Source of the DNA: Takakia lepidozioides
Taxonomy: Eukaryota; Plantae; Bryophyta
Length of the DNA stretch: 64,000 nt
Direction: 5' to 3'
NCBI GenBank assembly: GCA_030704615.1
Contig: CM060733.1
Coordinates: 61,752,001-61,816,000, forward strand
How positions within the stretch are numbered: the first letter of the stretch is position 1; every line of letters starts with the position of its first letter. Under the pieces are notes generated by a model. That model searched no databases. It had not been told where the DNA came from and saw only the letters and a program-made list of their open reading frames with translations. Both the position numbers and the translations under genes were made by a program. Positions 12,301-23,710 of this stretch are shown here, one piece after another.

Positions 12301-14634
12301 TTGCGTATGCTGGCTCTCAATGAGGCCTCCATGGCAACCATGGCTGTCAACTGCCCGGACTTGAACCAAATTCAACTGGTATTTGCCACTCTCTCTGAAA
12401 CGTCTCTGCTACTTTTGCATCAACATTTGAAATGCTCACTCAGAAATATACTCTCCTTCTGTCAGCATGGTCTTATTTATTCACTTCATAATTGGTCTAT
12501 CTGCCAACTGGATCATCTTTGCTTTGTTTTCCTTACATGGTGGTTACATCAGTCTGGAAACAGGGTAGTTTGTTGTATTCCAGAAAGAAAGAATTGCTGA
12601 TGAGGACAGATTCTTTACAGTTGACAATTGTGCCGAGGATGGGGGAGGAGAAAGGGGCAGTTCGGTTCCGTGCTGATCACACCAAGTTTGAATCTCAATC
12701 TGTCAGGTATTGGCCCTCTTGAACATTGACACTCATTTCAGGTTCAGGAGATTTGCACCTAATGTGAACCTAATGTGATTAGAAGGAGACATGTATATAC
12801 ATCCACGGGAGGCCAGAGGGCACATTGGAAGAGAGAGATAGCGCTGAAGTGATATAAAGTTGACATACTGTCCGTTTGTGGGATTTCTACCACTAGGTGT
12901 GAAATGCCTGAAATTGCCATGGCGCTAGCTCACCGCCAACGGTAACCTGAATCAAGAGTGATGCTCTACTCCTGGATACAGTCACAGATGTGACACTGCA
13001 GATGCAGTGTCTGGAGAAGGGCAGAGCAAGGAGTGCTCTGGATAGGTGTCTCAAATGCAGTTTTCTATTTCTGTGCACTATAGTTTCCTACTAACTGTAT
13101 TTATCCTTGCCCAATGGGGCTTCGCAGCCGGCAGGGAATGCTGGACTACATCACAGTGCAGCTGGCGCCACGTGCAGCTGATGAGCTTTGGAATGGTGCT
13201 GACCAGGTCTGTACGATCCTTCAGCCTGCCATTAATTTTTTGCTGCGAAAAGTTTCAGACTTTGTTAGGAGTTGTGTATAACCTTTGTTACTTGGGGGAG
13301 ATAGAGAGATGACATGGACACATAATGGCTGGTATTGTTTAAGAAATCCTCCTCACCATTTATCTCACGTGCAAAATCGTAACCTGCATGGTCTCTTGTG
13401 TATGAAATATTTTTTGAGACCCTGCGGCTCTTGCCTATTTAAGGGGATAGGGTTGGCGTACAGAGGTCTTAAAGGCCTAGTGATCCAGTTATTTATAGAC
13501 TTTAGGACAGGATCCAAGTGCTTTAGGTGGGCTCCAGCAGTGCAAATGATCTACTAACTGATTTTGCAAGCACAAAAGTGACTCTAACCCTTTAGCTCTT
13601 TAAGAGGAACTCTCTAATGGGACCAGAGATGTATGATGCTGGGCTGGCAGATGAGCACCATATGGGCAGATACAGTGGACCAGGCTCGCAGCACCGCACG
13701 TGACTTTGTGTTTGCAGGCCTTTCTGACCGGGCTGACCTTTATGGCCTCTTTGACTGTTGGAATGACTATGACCGTGTAAAGGTACTACTTCCTCCCTGA
13801 CACCTTGCCCTGTGGCTACCTCTGTCCATTCCGTTAGGGAATCAGTCTAGTGCTCGTGTCATCTTGGGCCCATATGTGGAATCCTTGCTTAATCTGTACA
13901 TGGATACTCTGACATACCTCAACTATTTCTAGCTGTTGCTGGTACAAAAATTGTTGCTTTACACAGCTACAAGCTGATGAAAGAGTTTAGGGTATTCTGA
14001 ATGATCTTGTGGTGTGATTTTTGTCACAGGCAGTGGATGTTGAGGCACTGAAAATTGTGGAGAACTGCTATCAACGTGCACTTGAGGTTAGCCGGCCCCG
14101 TCTAAAATACTTTTTACTAAATGTTGTTTGACTAGCTAGATTATGTTCCCACTGTGACTTTGATAGTCAACATTCTGCTTCTATCTGTCATACACTGTAG
14201 GCAATGGTGTACTCTTAGCATCGTTGTCACTGGCTTGACTAGGATGTCAATAATCGGACTTCATATGAAGTAGAGCTCCTTGAAGTATCTGGTGTGAACC
14301 TCCCCTTGCAGTGGCCATAGGAAATCTTTCGAGTACCTATATTCACCAGAATTTGGAAACCGCTGTCAAGGTATAGTCCAGACATCTAGACAACAAAGTG
14401 ACATTCTGTTGGGTGTTATATTAGTTTTTGCAGCGGAACCGGGACCTGGTTGATGAGTTGGTGGAGTGCCTGGTGAAAGATCGGGTCATTCGGCAAGCAG
14501 AGTTTGCACAGTTCGTTGATAGGTATGGCAACCTCGACAAGCCAGCTCCATCACCCATGGAAGTACGGAATCGTGAGCTCGCAGTCTTCCAGGAACAAAT
14601 GATTGCGCAAAAGCGTAGTTCCCATGGTGTGTAG
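3344..14634 (+). CDS. FTSHI2: Inactive ATP-dependent zinc metalloprotease FtsHi2-like, chloroplast (14 exons)
   Basis: GT-AG exons joined in frame: 3344-3658, 3901-4989, 5154-5271, 9802-9975, 10215-10387, 10836-10937, 11038-11202, 11478-11618, 12220-12378, 12621-12706, 13128-13206, 13651-13782, 14030-14086, 14425-14634. Motifs: RIPYTDIL...KVKHIIK (FtsHi2 N-domain), Walker A GEPGTGKT, Walker [31 protein letters not shown]. The HEXXH zinc site is replaced by NEASM. The first exon and start are least certain. Confidence 0.92.
5439..6607 (-). mobile_element. 5'-truncated APE-RT LINE (family A) in FtsHi2 intron 3
   Basis: ORFs 6124-6708 and 5445-6065 (YLGVEF; [15 protein letters not shown] zinc knuckle; ends KATANNVL*) match the full copy at 40336-45168. 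9-bp TSD CAAGAGAGA at 5430-5438 and 6608-6616. Confidence 0.9.
6829..9745 (-). mobile_element. Degenerate, internally deleted LINE (family A) in FtsHi2 intron 3
   Basis: 3' end TGTACTCATAAGAC at 6831. RT pieces (MFVDDLAG, 7886-8070), linker (8500-8877) and APE pieces (NSNGKRL, SIVDY, 9168-9740) are colinear with the full copy, interrupted at ~8070-8470. Confidence 0.85.
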
Positions 14635-15315
14635 GGGCATCCCACATGGCTGAGAAAGTGTATGGTAAAAGAAGACATGACCTCTCAAGATGGATCCCCC
14701 ATCTTGTAACATGTCATCATTCCATCGTGATCTCAAAGTAGTAATGAGGAGATGTAAAGTGTGGCTTAACCACAGGTCAATTGAGCCTGTGTGTTCGCCA
14801 CCCAATATTGTTCAACAGATCATCTAGATCAACTGGGCTAGCATTCTAGGCCAGAGCATCCTAACCATGTTTTCAGTCTAAGGTCCAACACAACATTCAA
14901 AATCTCCACCAATTGCATTTGCTTCATTAGTGAACCATCAAACCATTATGTGGAGGCTAACTATGTCATGTCCTTTGTCATCTCCAACAGCAGCTGGACT
15001 GGGAAAGCTGTGTAGAATGCTGGTACAAAGTAGTGGAAGTGAATTTTGAGGACTCCGAAGAATTCGCGATTTTGGGAAAAGATTGTAAACTAAAAAGAAT
15101 CCCAAGTGCAGATAGCATACTTAAGAATTACTAAAATACCATGAGTAATCGCCATGTGTTCCACAACCTTTCCCTCGCACAAGTTGTGGAGCAGTCGCCA
15201 TAGTTTCTATGCGTTGAATGCAGCAAAGGACCAACCAATGCATGATGAGGAGGTAGTATCAAGTCTTTAGACTTGTGGCATAATTAAAAGAAGGTACATG
15301 AAATCTGAGCATTAA

Positions 15316-16646
15316 CCCCTAAAGGACGAAGCGACCCAAACTGGGTCGGTTAGATTTTGAAAAGTGTTTGGTTATCACTGGGGTTAAGCCTGATTTGGGC
15401 ATGTTTAGGCTCATCGGATAGGTAATCGCGTCAGCTATGAGGTGGCATTTCCCAATTCATCATTGGGCGTGGCCCAGCCACGTGGAACACCTAGAGTCTT
15501 CCACACTTGTGGTTTTCAGCCCCATTTTGGGCAGCTAACCTGCCCTCCATCCTACGTGTCAACAAGGGTCAGGTTAGGGAGAAATTCCACGCACCCCCAC
15601 TTGCGCAGGGTGGCGCGTCTCCCAACACCCTTTATTGCGCCCCCTCCACCCTAAAGTTGGCAGGCAAAGGCACCCCCCGAAAACCCACATACCTTAGGGC
15701 TACAGGCCAAAAAGTATAGGCAAACATAGGTGCACATGGAGAAGTCATGGGCAGGGGAAAAAATCATATGAAGGGAGGCTCTGATTGGCGAAAAAGTTTC
15801 TTTGTGCTTACACAAACCTGCCCACTACAGTACAACCAGAGCGATTGACAATTCAACGGTTCAGATCTTTTCACCGAATTTTCTAATAGGGTTTTGTGCT
15901 TGCCCCTTTGAAATTGGGACCCAAATTGGCCATACAAAGCAGCCCACATGAGAACATGTCAGAAAAAAACTGAAATTTTCAGGGCAGATGTCTTACCTGG
16001 CAGGGTACAAGATTATGGTTTGTGTCATGTCAAGAAAATTCACAGCTGGGAAATTCGATAAGAAAAGCTGCGTTTTTTACCCCATTGTAAATAGGAAATT
16101 TGTTTTTGGCCCAACTTTCAACATTATAATCTTGCAATCAGGCAGTTCGATTTGGACCAGAGTTTTTGTGGTCGTAATGCACTGCCGTGCGCATCACGCT
16201 GATGTGGCAGGTTTTGATTGCGTACGAGGAGGCCTGCTATTTCCTGTAGCATGTGTCCTTCTTTTCATCTCGTATTTTGTGTCCTTCGTGTGTCCTTTAT
16301 GATGTGACAGGGCTGAAAGACCTTACTCAGCAGGTCACTTTATGACCTGCTCCATCCTTAGCGACAGTGACATTACGTCGTGTAGCGCACTGGAGCGCGA
16401 CCTCTACGGGCAGTAGCAGGTCGCGGTGACTAGCTCGACGCTCCCGCGTCTCGTCACGCACAGCTCCTGCTACGGCCCGTAGCGGCCGCGCTCCAGTGCG
16501 CTACCTAGTACATAGCTGGGGTAGGCAGGAACATTACAACGGTCAGTTTTACAGGGCCTGAGGAAATCTCAAGATATAAATTATTTAGTGGGGAAGGGTC
16601 AACTTTTGGGGGGTGGACCCAAAAATTGGGGTTACTCCTTTAGGGT
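15316..16646. mobile_element. Non-autonomous TIR element flanked by TTAA (piggyBac-like MITE)
   Basis: TTAA|CCCCTAAAGGA at 15312-15326 and TCCTTTAGGGT|TTAA at 16636-16650. Subterminal CCCAA..TGGGTC similarity at both ends. No transposase inside. Confidence 0.6.
16382..16504. repeat. GC-rich inverted repeat/hairpin
   Basis: GTAGCGCACTGGAGCGCGACCTCTACGGGCAGTAGCAGG pairs with CCTGCTACGGCCCGTAGCGGCCGCGCTCCAGTGCGCTAC (39-bp arms, 3 mismatches), with extra inner pairing GTGAC/GTCAC. Confidence 0.85.
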
Positions 16647-16659
16647 TTAAGCCTTGGGG

Positions 16660-16810
16660 TGCCTCCTGGCGAGGTTACCTACTATGAAAGACGTTTTGAC
16701 AGAGCCCTTTTAAAAGACGTTATTTTCTCCTATCACTAAAATTAATGGGTGAGCCGCCGCCCGAAGCCCGGGTGTTTCGGTTCAAAAGAAAAAATTAAAA
16801 ATTAAAAAAG
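16660..16810 (+). mobile_element. Possible 3' fragment of the tRNA-SINE family
   Basis: GGCGAGGTTAC...TTATTTTCTCCT...GTGAGC...GGTGTTT plus an A-rich tail resembles the body and tail of the SINEs at 19775 and 22566. No tRNA head seen. Confidence 0.35.
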
Positions 16811-17828
16811 AAAATGATATACCCGCCCAACGTTGATCCACGTCAGAGTGACTGCTGTGATGACTAAGCCATTGAAGGTCACGGCGATGGCGCCGTCTCT
16901 CTTCACAACGACTGTTCTCTTCTGAGAATGTGATTGCAGAGATGGAGGAAGAAGGACCTGCGTGTGCGTATGAAGGCCTAGAAAGCGACCGTCACACCGG
17001 CACTGTGGTGCCGCCAACTACTCCCGAGTCACCAAAAACCGAGTGTGTGCTTTTGTAGTTACCTGGCCTAATTAAGTAGTGGCTTGCTTGAGTTTGTGCT
17101 TGAGAGTCACCTACCAATATCTCTGCACCACCCATACTACACTCTTGTCGAGCTCACGAAAGTGATAGTGATGATCAACACGATCAGACCTCCACCCATG
17201 CTCTAGACATGACAAGTGAATAGGTGTCACACGGAAATTCAGAGACCTGTAAGAGCTGAAGCGAATAAGAGAGGAGACAAAGTCTCCTGGAGCTGGTAAT
17301 TCAGCAGGGCCCACCCAAAAGAAACATTTTGTTGAAGGCTTACATGGTAACTCAGGGAGATGAAAGTGTGGCAATCCATGCATGCACAGAACCCAAGAAA
17401 CCATTGTAGCTGGTCTTCCTCCGGCCTCCAAAGATTGAGAGAGTTAAACGGCGCCTAACCGTCAATTACGGTGTGCTAACCGACACGATCTTTAAGGTGC
17501 CATACCTAATCAGAAGTGGATTCAACTCCACATTTACCAACTCAACCCGCATTATTTCTTTAACTGATGAATCATCGTGCATCTTAAATTAATATCGGTT
17601 TTAGATGGGGCTTGCAATGGGCGAAACTAGTGTATTGATTGAATGTCTGATTTTTCAAGGCCCCCATAGCACGGGATACCCAAAAGGCCATGCTTCACAT
17701 GCCTTGCGAAAAGGATGCATATTGCAACGGCCTGTCATGATAGGTGAAAGGAGAAAGGAGGAGGACTTTGGTAGTTCGACAAGGAGCAGGCCCAAGAGAT
17801 CTACGGAAAGGGAGGGCAGGTTGATTAG

Positions 17829-17869
<41 letters not shown>

Positions 17870-19774
17870 GCACGGGTAGGTGCAAACGGTCGGACGTCTC
17901 TCGACGAGCCAAAGGGGCTTTGGGGAGGAGGGAAGGGAGAAGGGAAGATGGTGGAAGCGGTTCGATTCCTGGAGAATGGGACCAAGCCAACAATAAGGAG
18001 AAGTTTACGAGGCTTGCTAGTTAGCTAACAACTATCTCAGGAGTGTGTCTAGATAGTGCCGTTAGATGAAAAGACCTCGGTGAAGAAGGTATTCTTCAAT
18101 CCTTCTCTGAATGTAGATGAGGAGTAAGGAGTAAGCTGTTTAAAAATAGAGGAGAAGCGGCTCCTGAGACAGAAAAATTTCTTGGTACGGAGATCAGCGG
18201 AATAGTGAGATCCGACTACGATCGTTCGAAGTAGTAAATTGATTTGTGTGATCTGTCTTGGTGGGAAGAGGACCCAATGTTTGGAAATCTTAAAAGGGAT
18301 CATTATAGGCTGATTAAATATGGTCGGTGTTCGCGGGCCTGTATGTGGACCTTTTTAAGGAAAATATTACAGTTGTCTTATCTCCGCTTGGACTCGCAAT
18401 TTGTCCGGCTTTCCCTCCATTTCTACTATGAGGAACAAAGGTACGGTATATGCAGAAGTGAACTTCTAACCCACTCCTAATTCGGCATAGACGGCTGGAG
18501 AGATGAAGTCGAGCAACACTGTCGGTTTAGCATCCTAGACACGGGAATTGGAGGTGGGCCCTCTGAATCCCATCAAGACGCGTCAAAAGAGGACGCGTTG
18601 AACTCCAATCTTGCGAGGAAGATAACCCAACCTCCAGGCTTTGCATAGAAGGGCTGAGCTCCATCCATCGCTCTTGAGCGTAATAAGCAGAATAAGTACA
18701 GTGGCGCGTGTAGACTTCACAACAAAAAGTAGTAACAAAGCATCCATGCAGTGTTTTCAATCTCTGTCCCACTACTTATTAGCAGGCTAAACAACTACAG
18801 TACAATCCATTGGCTTGTATTATTCTTTCCCCTGATAAGCCGGTCTCTGTTACTTGAGCAGCCTTGAGGAGCATTGGATTTGGTTCATGCATCTTGCAAA
18901 CATGGCAAAATAAGTCCGCCGGGGACTTACTCATGAAGTATTCCAACCAACAAAAGTACATAAAATATTTTTACTACTTAGGAACTATGAGGGGCCCAAC
19001 TAAGTTTGACCTCACCATCTTTGGTAGGGAAGGGCCCACTTATAGGTAGGGCCACTGTAGACACACACCATGAAACCAGAGGTCAAAATCACTTTTCAAG
19101 CCGCAGTGGGTGGGATAAAGTGAACTGTGAGAAGCCAATAATAGACGATAGTAGAAAATTATTGACTTTACCCATCTGCTTTGTCTTTGCATTGGGTTGC
19201 AAGGGTTGCTTCATGGTCATGCAGAGAGATTGCTGGAGTGGCTGAAAATGTAACTGCTTGGCAACAATATTTGATTTTTTTTTCACATAATGACCGTTTA
19301 GACGGTTAGGCAACAGTTGGGATAATACAAAATGTTGTCCTAGATTTTTGCAGTTGGAAGTTGCCACATGGACATTGCGTTTCCCATGTCTAGTATCCAT
19401 AGGCCGAATGAACCAATTAATCCAATGAATGACTACATACCAAGGCTACATTTCATGTAAAGTGGACAAACATTTTTAACAGAAAAGTTAAAAGGGAACA
19501 AAAGCCTTTTTGAACAAATAAGAAAAATATCAGGGGGGGTGCCTCCTTTTTCATCCTCCATGGTTGTACTCGCTTCCAATTCGATCAAGACACTTGCCAC
19601 CAGAATAGTCCGTCTTTTAATGAATAACATCTGGTCAAGTTCTTGTGCATGCCATGCCACCTGGGTGATGCAGGGCTCAAATCTTGTTACCGTGAGATTT
19701 ATGTGATCTTCCAGATTTTTACTACCTATTCATAATTACCATACAACAGGGCTTGCATGAATTCCATGCATTTG

Positions 19775-20012
19775 TTCGTTTATTTTTTAAAGGGAAATCC
19801 TGGGGAGCTTCCGCTCACACATAAGGCCCTTGAGGGGAAAATAACCTCATAGTAACCTAGCATGAGGCACGGAGCACAAGGCTCTAGGGACATTGCCCAA
19901 GGGAAAGGGGGGGGGGGGGGGGAGATTATACCATACCCTACAAGCTAGCAGGTTTTGAACCCAGGATCACCTGGGTGGCACTCAGTGCTCTATCCAACTG
20001 AGCTACCGACAT
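19775..20012 (-). mobile_element. tRNA-derived SINE
   Basis: Minus strand GTAGCTCAGTTGGATAGAGCACTGAGTGCCACCCAGGTGATCCTGGGTTCAAAACC carries Pol III A and B boxes, then a body AGGTTACT..GAGGTTATTTTC..GTGAGC and an A-rich tail. Homologous to 22566-22797. Confidence 0.8.
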
Positions 20013-20636
20013 GTGGTTGTTTTTTATTTCCTCACAACAACCAGGGCTTCGCGTTGCTCCGCAGTACTAGCGACGAATTCCAAGAACCACGATCAATTTT
20101 CACAAAAAGGGCGGGGTCATCCACATGGTGTTACATACACACATGCCGTGCTTCATTGTTTCGGGCAAGAAGAATGGAGAAGTGTTGCCAAAGCGACCAT
20201 GTCACGTCTCCCTATTTCATTGATGCAACTACCTCTAACTACGCCCAAGAAGTGAAGGGGAGTTGAACCCCTTCTTTCTCTGTATTTTGCCCATCGTTTA
20301 ACGTACGTTTCGTTTTGATCGGAAGTCGGTTGTTTATATCTTTTTCCTCGCTCATCATTTGTCTCTCATCATTTAATTTTATTGTCATGATCATCTTGAT
20401 AAAAGATAATTGTCTTCATAACAAATGATTGTGTTGATAAAAAAATAATTGTCATGACATTGATAATTGTATTCAATGTTTTACACAGTTTGGTCAAAGA
20501 GTTTACCAAACTACGATAAAAATTTATGCATATTTTCTACATGTAAAGGAGCTTTGGCCAACACTTTGACTCCTAGAAAGAAATGTTGTGTTCCTTCAAC
20601 CTCGACCTTGTATCAAGGCAGCTAGCTCTGCTTTCA

Positions 20637-21883
20637 TCAAGACCTCATTAAGGCCATCATAGATATTGTACACTCATCTCCAATACAAATTCATCTCCAC
20701 AAAGTCAGATCCCATATTGGTATCATAGGTAATGAGATAGCATACGAACTTGCCCAACTTGGAACCATCCAACCTACTACTTACCCCACGACTGACCCTA
20801 TTCACCTGTCACACACATCCATTCTGGCTGACATCCACTAAAGCTACATTCCCGGACATAGCCCCCATTGACCTTCATGCATATATGGCAGAAGAAACTA
20901 TGGATCAAATCCGTGCATCCCCCACCTATCTAAAACCCTACATATCCAAATGGGTTACGCCACCTCAGTTGCTCCACCGTATGTCTAATCACTTCTGGAA
21001 ATCTCCAATAATCACTGATGCCCAAATTAAACAAACGCTCCGATTTCGATACGGACAATACTTGGGCAATCAACGGCGTAATTTATTTTGGCCTCTATTA
21101 TATCCTAACAAGCACTGCACATTATATTATTCACAACCCCCTCGAGTGGACACATGGCCGCATCTTCTTCTCCACCGTAAACATCTCATTATCCATGGAC
21201 TTCACATTACTCGACATAATCAAGGAGTTTGGCAACTCCATAAACTTTTTCTCACACACCCTAAAACTAGATGGTACAACCTCATTAATGCAGGCACAAC
21301 CGGACCACACAATACCTTCATGGTTGCTACCATGTACATGCGCTAATCACCCATGCCTCCTCTGTATGGCAAGATTATGTCCAGATATTCTTCTTGTCCA
21401 AGGACTCCTCATCTCGTCGGCAGCACCAACAGGTCCACTCCCCTCCCTCACTATCCACATCATTGAATTTACCTTATGTCATGACAGAGATCCCGACCAA
21501 TCCATTATGTTCAAACGTGAAAAATACGAACCCCTAGTTCTAGCCCTCCGTCAATATGGATGGAACACTGCCCCTCTGACAATTATCACTGCTATGTTAG
21601 AGGGGGAGCTCACTGTCACAACAATCTAATCCTAAAAGAAAACCTTAAACTACCTCATAAATATACCACCCCCCTATTACGAACATTACAATTCACGGCC
21701 ATCACTTCACTAACAGCCATTATCCTCAACAAAGGAAAGATTGAAAGTGGCCAGCTTGCCGCTTAGTAACTGGTTCTTGTTACCATAGAGCCCACCCCGA
21801 AAGGGGCAGTACCCACAGAGGGAAGAGGCTCTTATTTGCGCTAGCTTCGGCTGGCGTCATATATATATATATATATATATATA
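20637..21883 (+). mobile_element. 5'-truncated Dualen/RandI-like non-LTR retrotransposon (RNase H, zinc knuckle, restriction-like endonuclease)
   Basis: 20701-20754 reads KVRSHIGIIGNEIAYELA (RNase H C-terminal motif). Then HCTL...DTWPHLL and ITRHN, then PDILLV...IEFTLCHD...KREKYEPL..L...GW (PD-(D/E)xK RLE) across frameshifts, stop at 21766. A structured 3'UTR and (TA)n tail follow. 8-bp TSD TGCTTTCA at 20629-20636 and 21884-21891. Confidence 0.8.
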
Positions 21884-22565
21884 TGCTTTCACCGGGGGAG
21901 GATTTGACCAACTCTCAACCCAAAGAACATCCTTTGTGTGCTTATGTCGGAAGTATGGTGATCTTGAATTTCTATGTGAAAAGCATGAGTGGACAAGTGA
22001 GCCTACATATCTCTTCAACTATAGCTGGTCTGGACCAGACTACAACCGTTAAAGCTCCCAAGTCCTCTGAAATGCAGAGAAGAACCTACTTTCATGTCCG
22101 GTAACAAATTTTGCTGTTTTACTGCAAACACAAGCAGAAATTTCAGTGATTTAAGCAATTTATGGTCAAAAACCCACTGGCAAGATTAAGCAAGACTTGT
22201 TAAATGCATCCCAGCTCAGTTCCGATGTTGAGGGCGTGTTCATGTTTTATAATGATCTGCTCAAAACCTCTAAGTCCGCCATCCCACACTATTCACCTTC
22301 CTTGCGTTCAGCTCTACCGTTAACACAATTCCAGGCCTGTGGGGAACTTCTGCATGTATCAGGGAGGCTTTGTCTACTTACTGTTTAGGTGTGCTAGAGA
22401 GACATGTTATGTCCTCAACTGCTCGATGCCGCCAGGAAGCACAGTGCCTACTCCTCCTTCGTCACAGATAGCTGCCATTTCAGCTTCTGCTCACGCTGAT
22501 TCCTGCTTTCATTGCTACATTCTTAGCCCATTACTTGGGAAGATAATAGAAATAATGTAAGAACA

Positions 22566-22797
22566 TTTTTTATTTTATTTTTTAAGGAAAACACCTGGGA
22601 GCGACAGCTCACAAATCAGGCCCCTTGATAGAGAGAGGAGAAAATAACCTCTCAGTAACCTCGCCATAAGGCTTTCCGATGCGACACTGCGCAGGGAAGG
22701 GGGAGAAGAGCGTACCACACCCGTCAAGTAGCAGGATTTGACCCCAAGGTCATCCGGATGGCACTCAGTGCACTTTACCAACTGAGCTACTGACTGT
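22566..22797 (-). mobile_element. tRNA-derived SINE (second copy)
   Basis: Minus strand GTAGCTCAGTTGGTAAAGTGCACTGAGTGCCATCCGGATGACCTTGGGGTCAAATCC, with the shared body and an AAAAAATAAAATAAAAAA tail. Confidence 0.8.
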
Positions 22798-23343
22798 TGG
22801 TGATCATTATTCCTCAGTTATTGCCTTCCCATTACTTGGACCTTTCTATGTATCTTCTTATTTTATTTCCTTTTTTTCTTTTGATCTTTGAAAAGACCAA
22901 TTTTTACTGAGAGAGGGGGAAAAATTGAACCCCACGGAGTGCCATAATGCAGAACCTTTCTTTTCTTTTTCTTTGGCTTGGAGCCTTGGGGGCTGCTTCC
23001 CTCACGAAAGGTTATAGCAGAACTTTTTATTTTTATTTTTATTTTTATTTTTGGCAGAATGAGTGTGAGCACACTGCAACGATCAGCACAAAATACACTA
23101 GGTGTGACACTCATGCTGCCCAACTAAAATTTATAAAACTCCAGGGCCTTCACAAAGGAAAAGAAAATCATGGCCCTTGGGAGTTTATTTTTCCCCATTA
23201 ATCAACAAAATTATGGGGCTTCAAAGAAAAACAAAAATAACAAAAAAACTGAGTAATAAGTTAGTTGGTCGCCGGTACGGTTACGTTTGGTGTGGGCCGT
23301 AGAGAGGTAAAGTAAAAGTTGGATTAACGTCCGGGGATTCAAG

Positions 23344-23399
23344 AGAGATAAAAGATAAAGTTTCTGTAAGGTCCAGTGAATTTACAGAGCCTACTGCTC
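23344..23399 (-). repeat. Short dispersed repeat (second copy at 47224-47277, opposite orientation)
   Basis: GAGCAGTAGGCTCTGTAAATTCACTGGAC followed by a (TTTATC)n-like tail in both places. Confidence 0.7.
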
Positions 23400-23710
23400 T
23401 GTAAATTCTGCTCTGTAAAGAGAGAGAGGGAGTGGGAGCGATGGCAGAAGAAAAGGTGTGCCATCCTGCAAAGTCGGTGGAGCTCTAGTGCTGGTTGCTG
23501 CAGAGCTTCTGGCGCGGTAGATTATAAAGGAGAGCCTTGGATTGCATGCTCACCTTCAGATGCATGGTGTTTGTAGCAGGCGTTAGTATAGCACATGGGT
23601 GTTTGGTGTGTTAGACGTGGGAGAGTTGAATCAGGAGGGAGTGGTTGTAGCATCTCTCTCTGAGGGGGGTGTGTGTTGAGAGAAGTAAGAATTGGAGGAT
23701 ACTGGAAAAG

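Noticed and set aside
17605-18024. 139-aa ORF and its antisense partners
   Set aside because: Low-complexity reading through a (GA)n microsatellite; no domain.
19945-20012. Possible tRNA-Gly gene (also 22730-22797)
   Set aside because: Acceptor and anticodon stems are imperfect, and both continue into a shared body and A-rich tail, so they are SINE heads.
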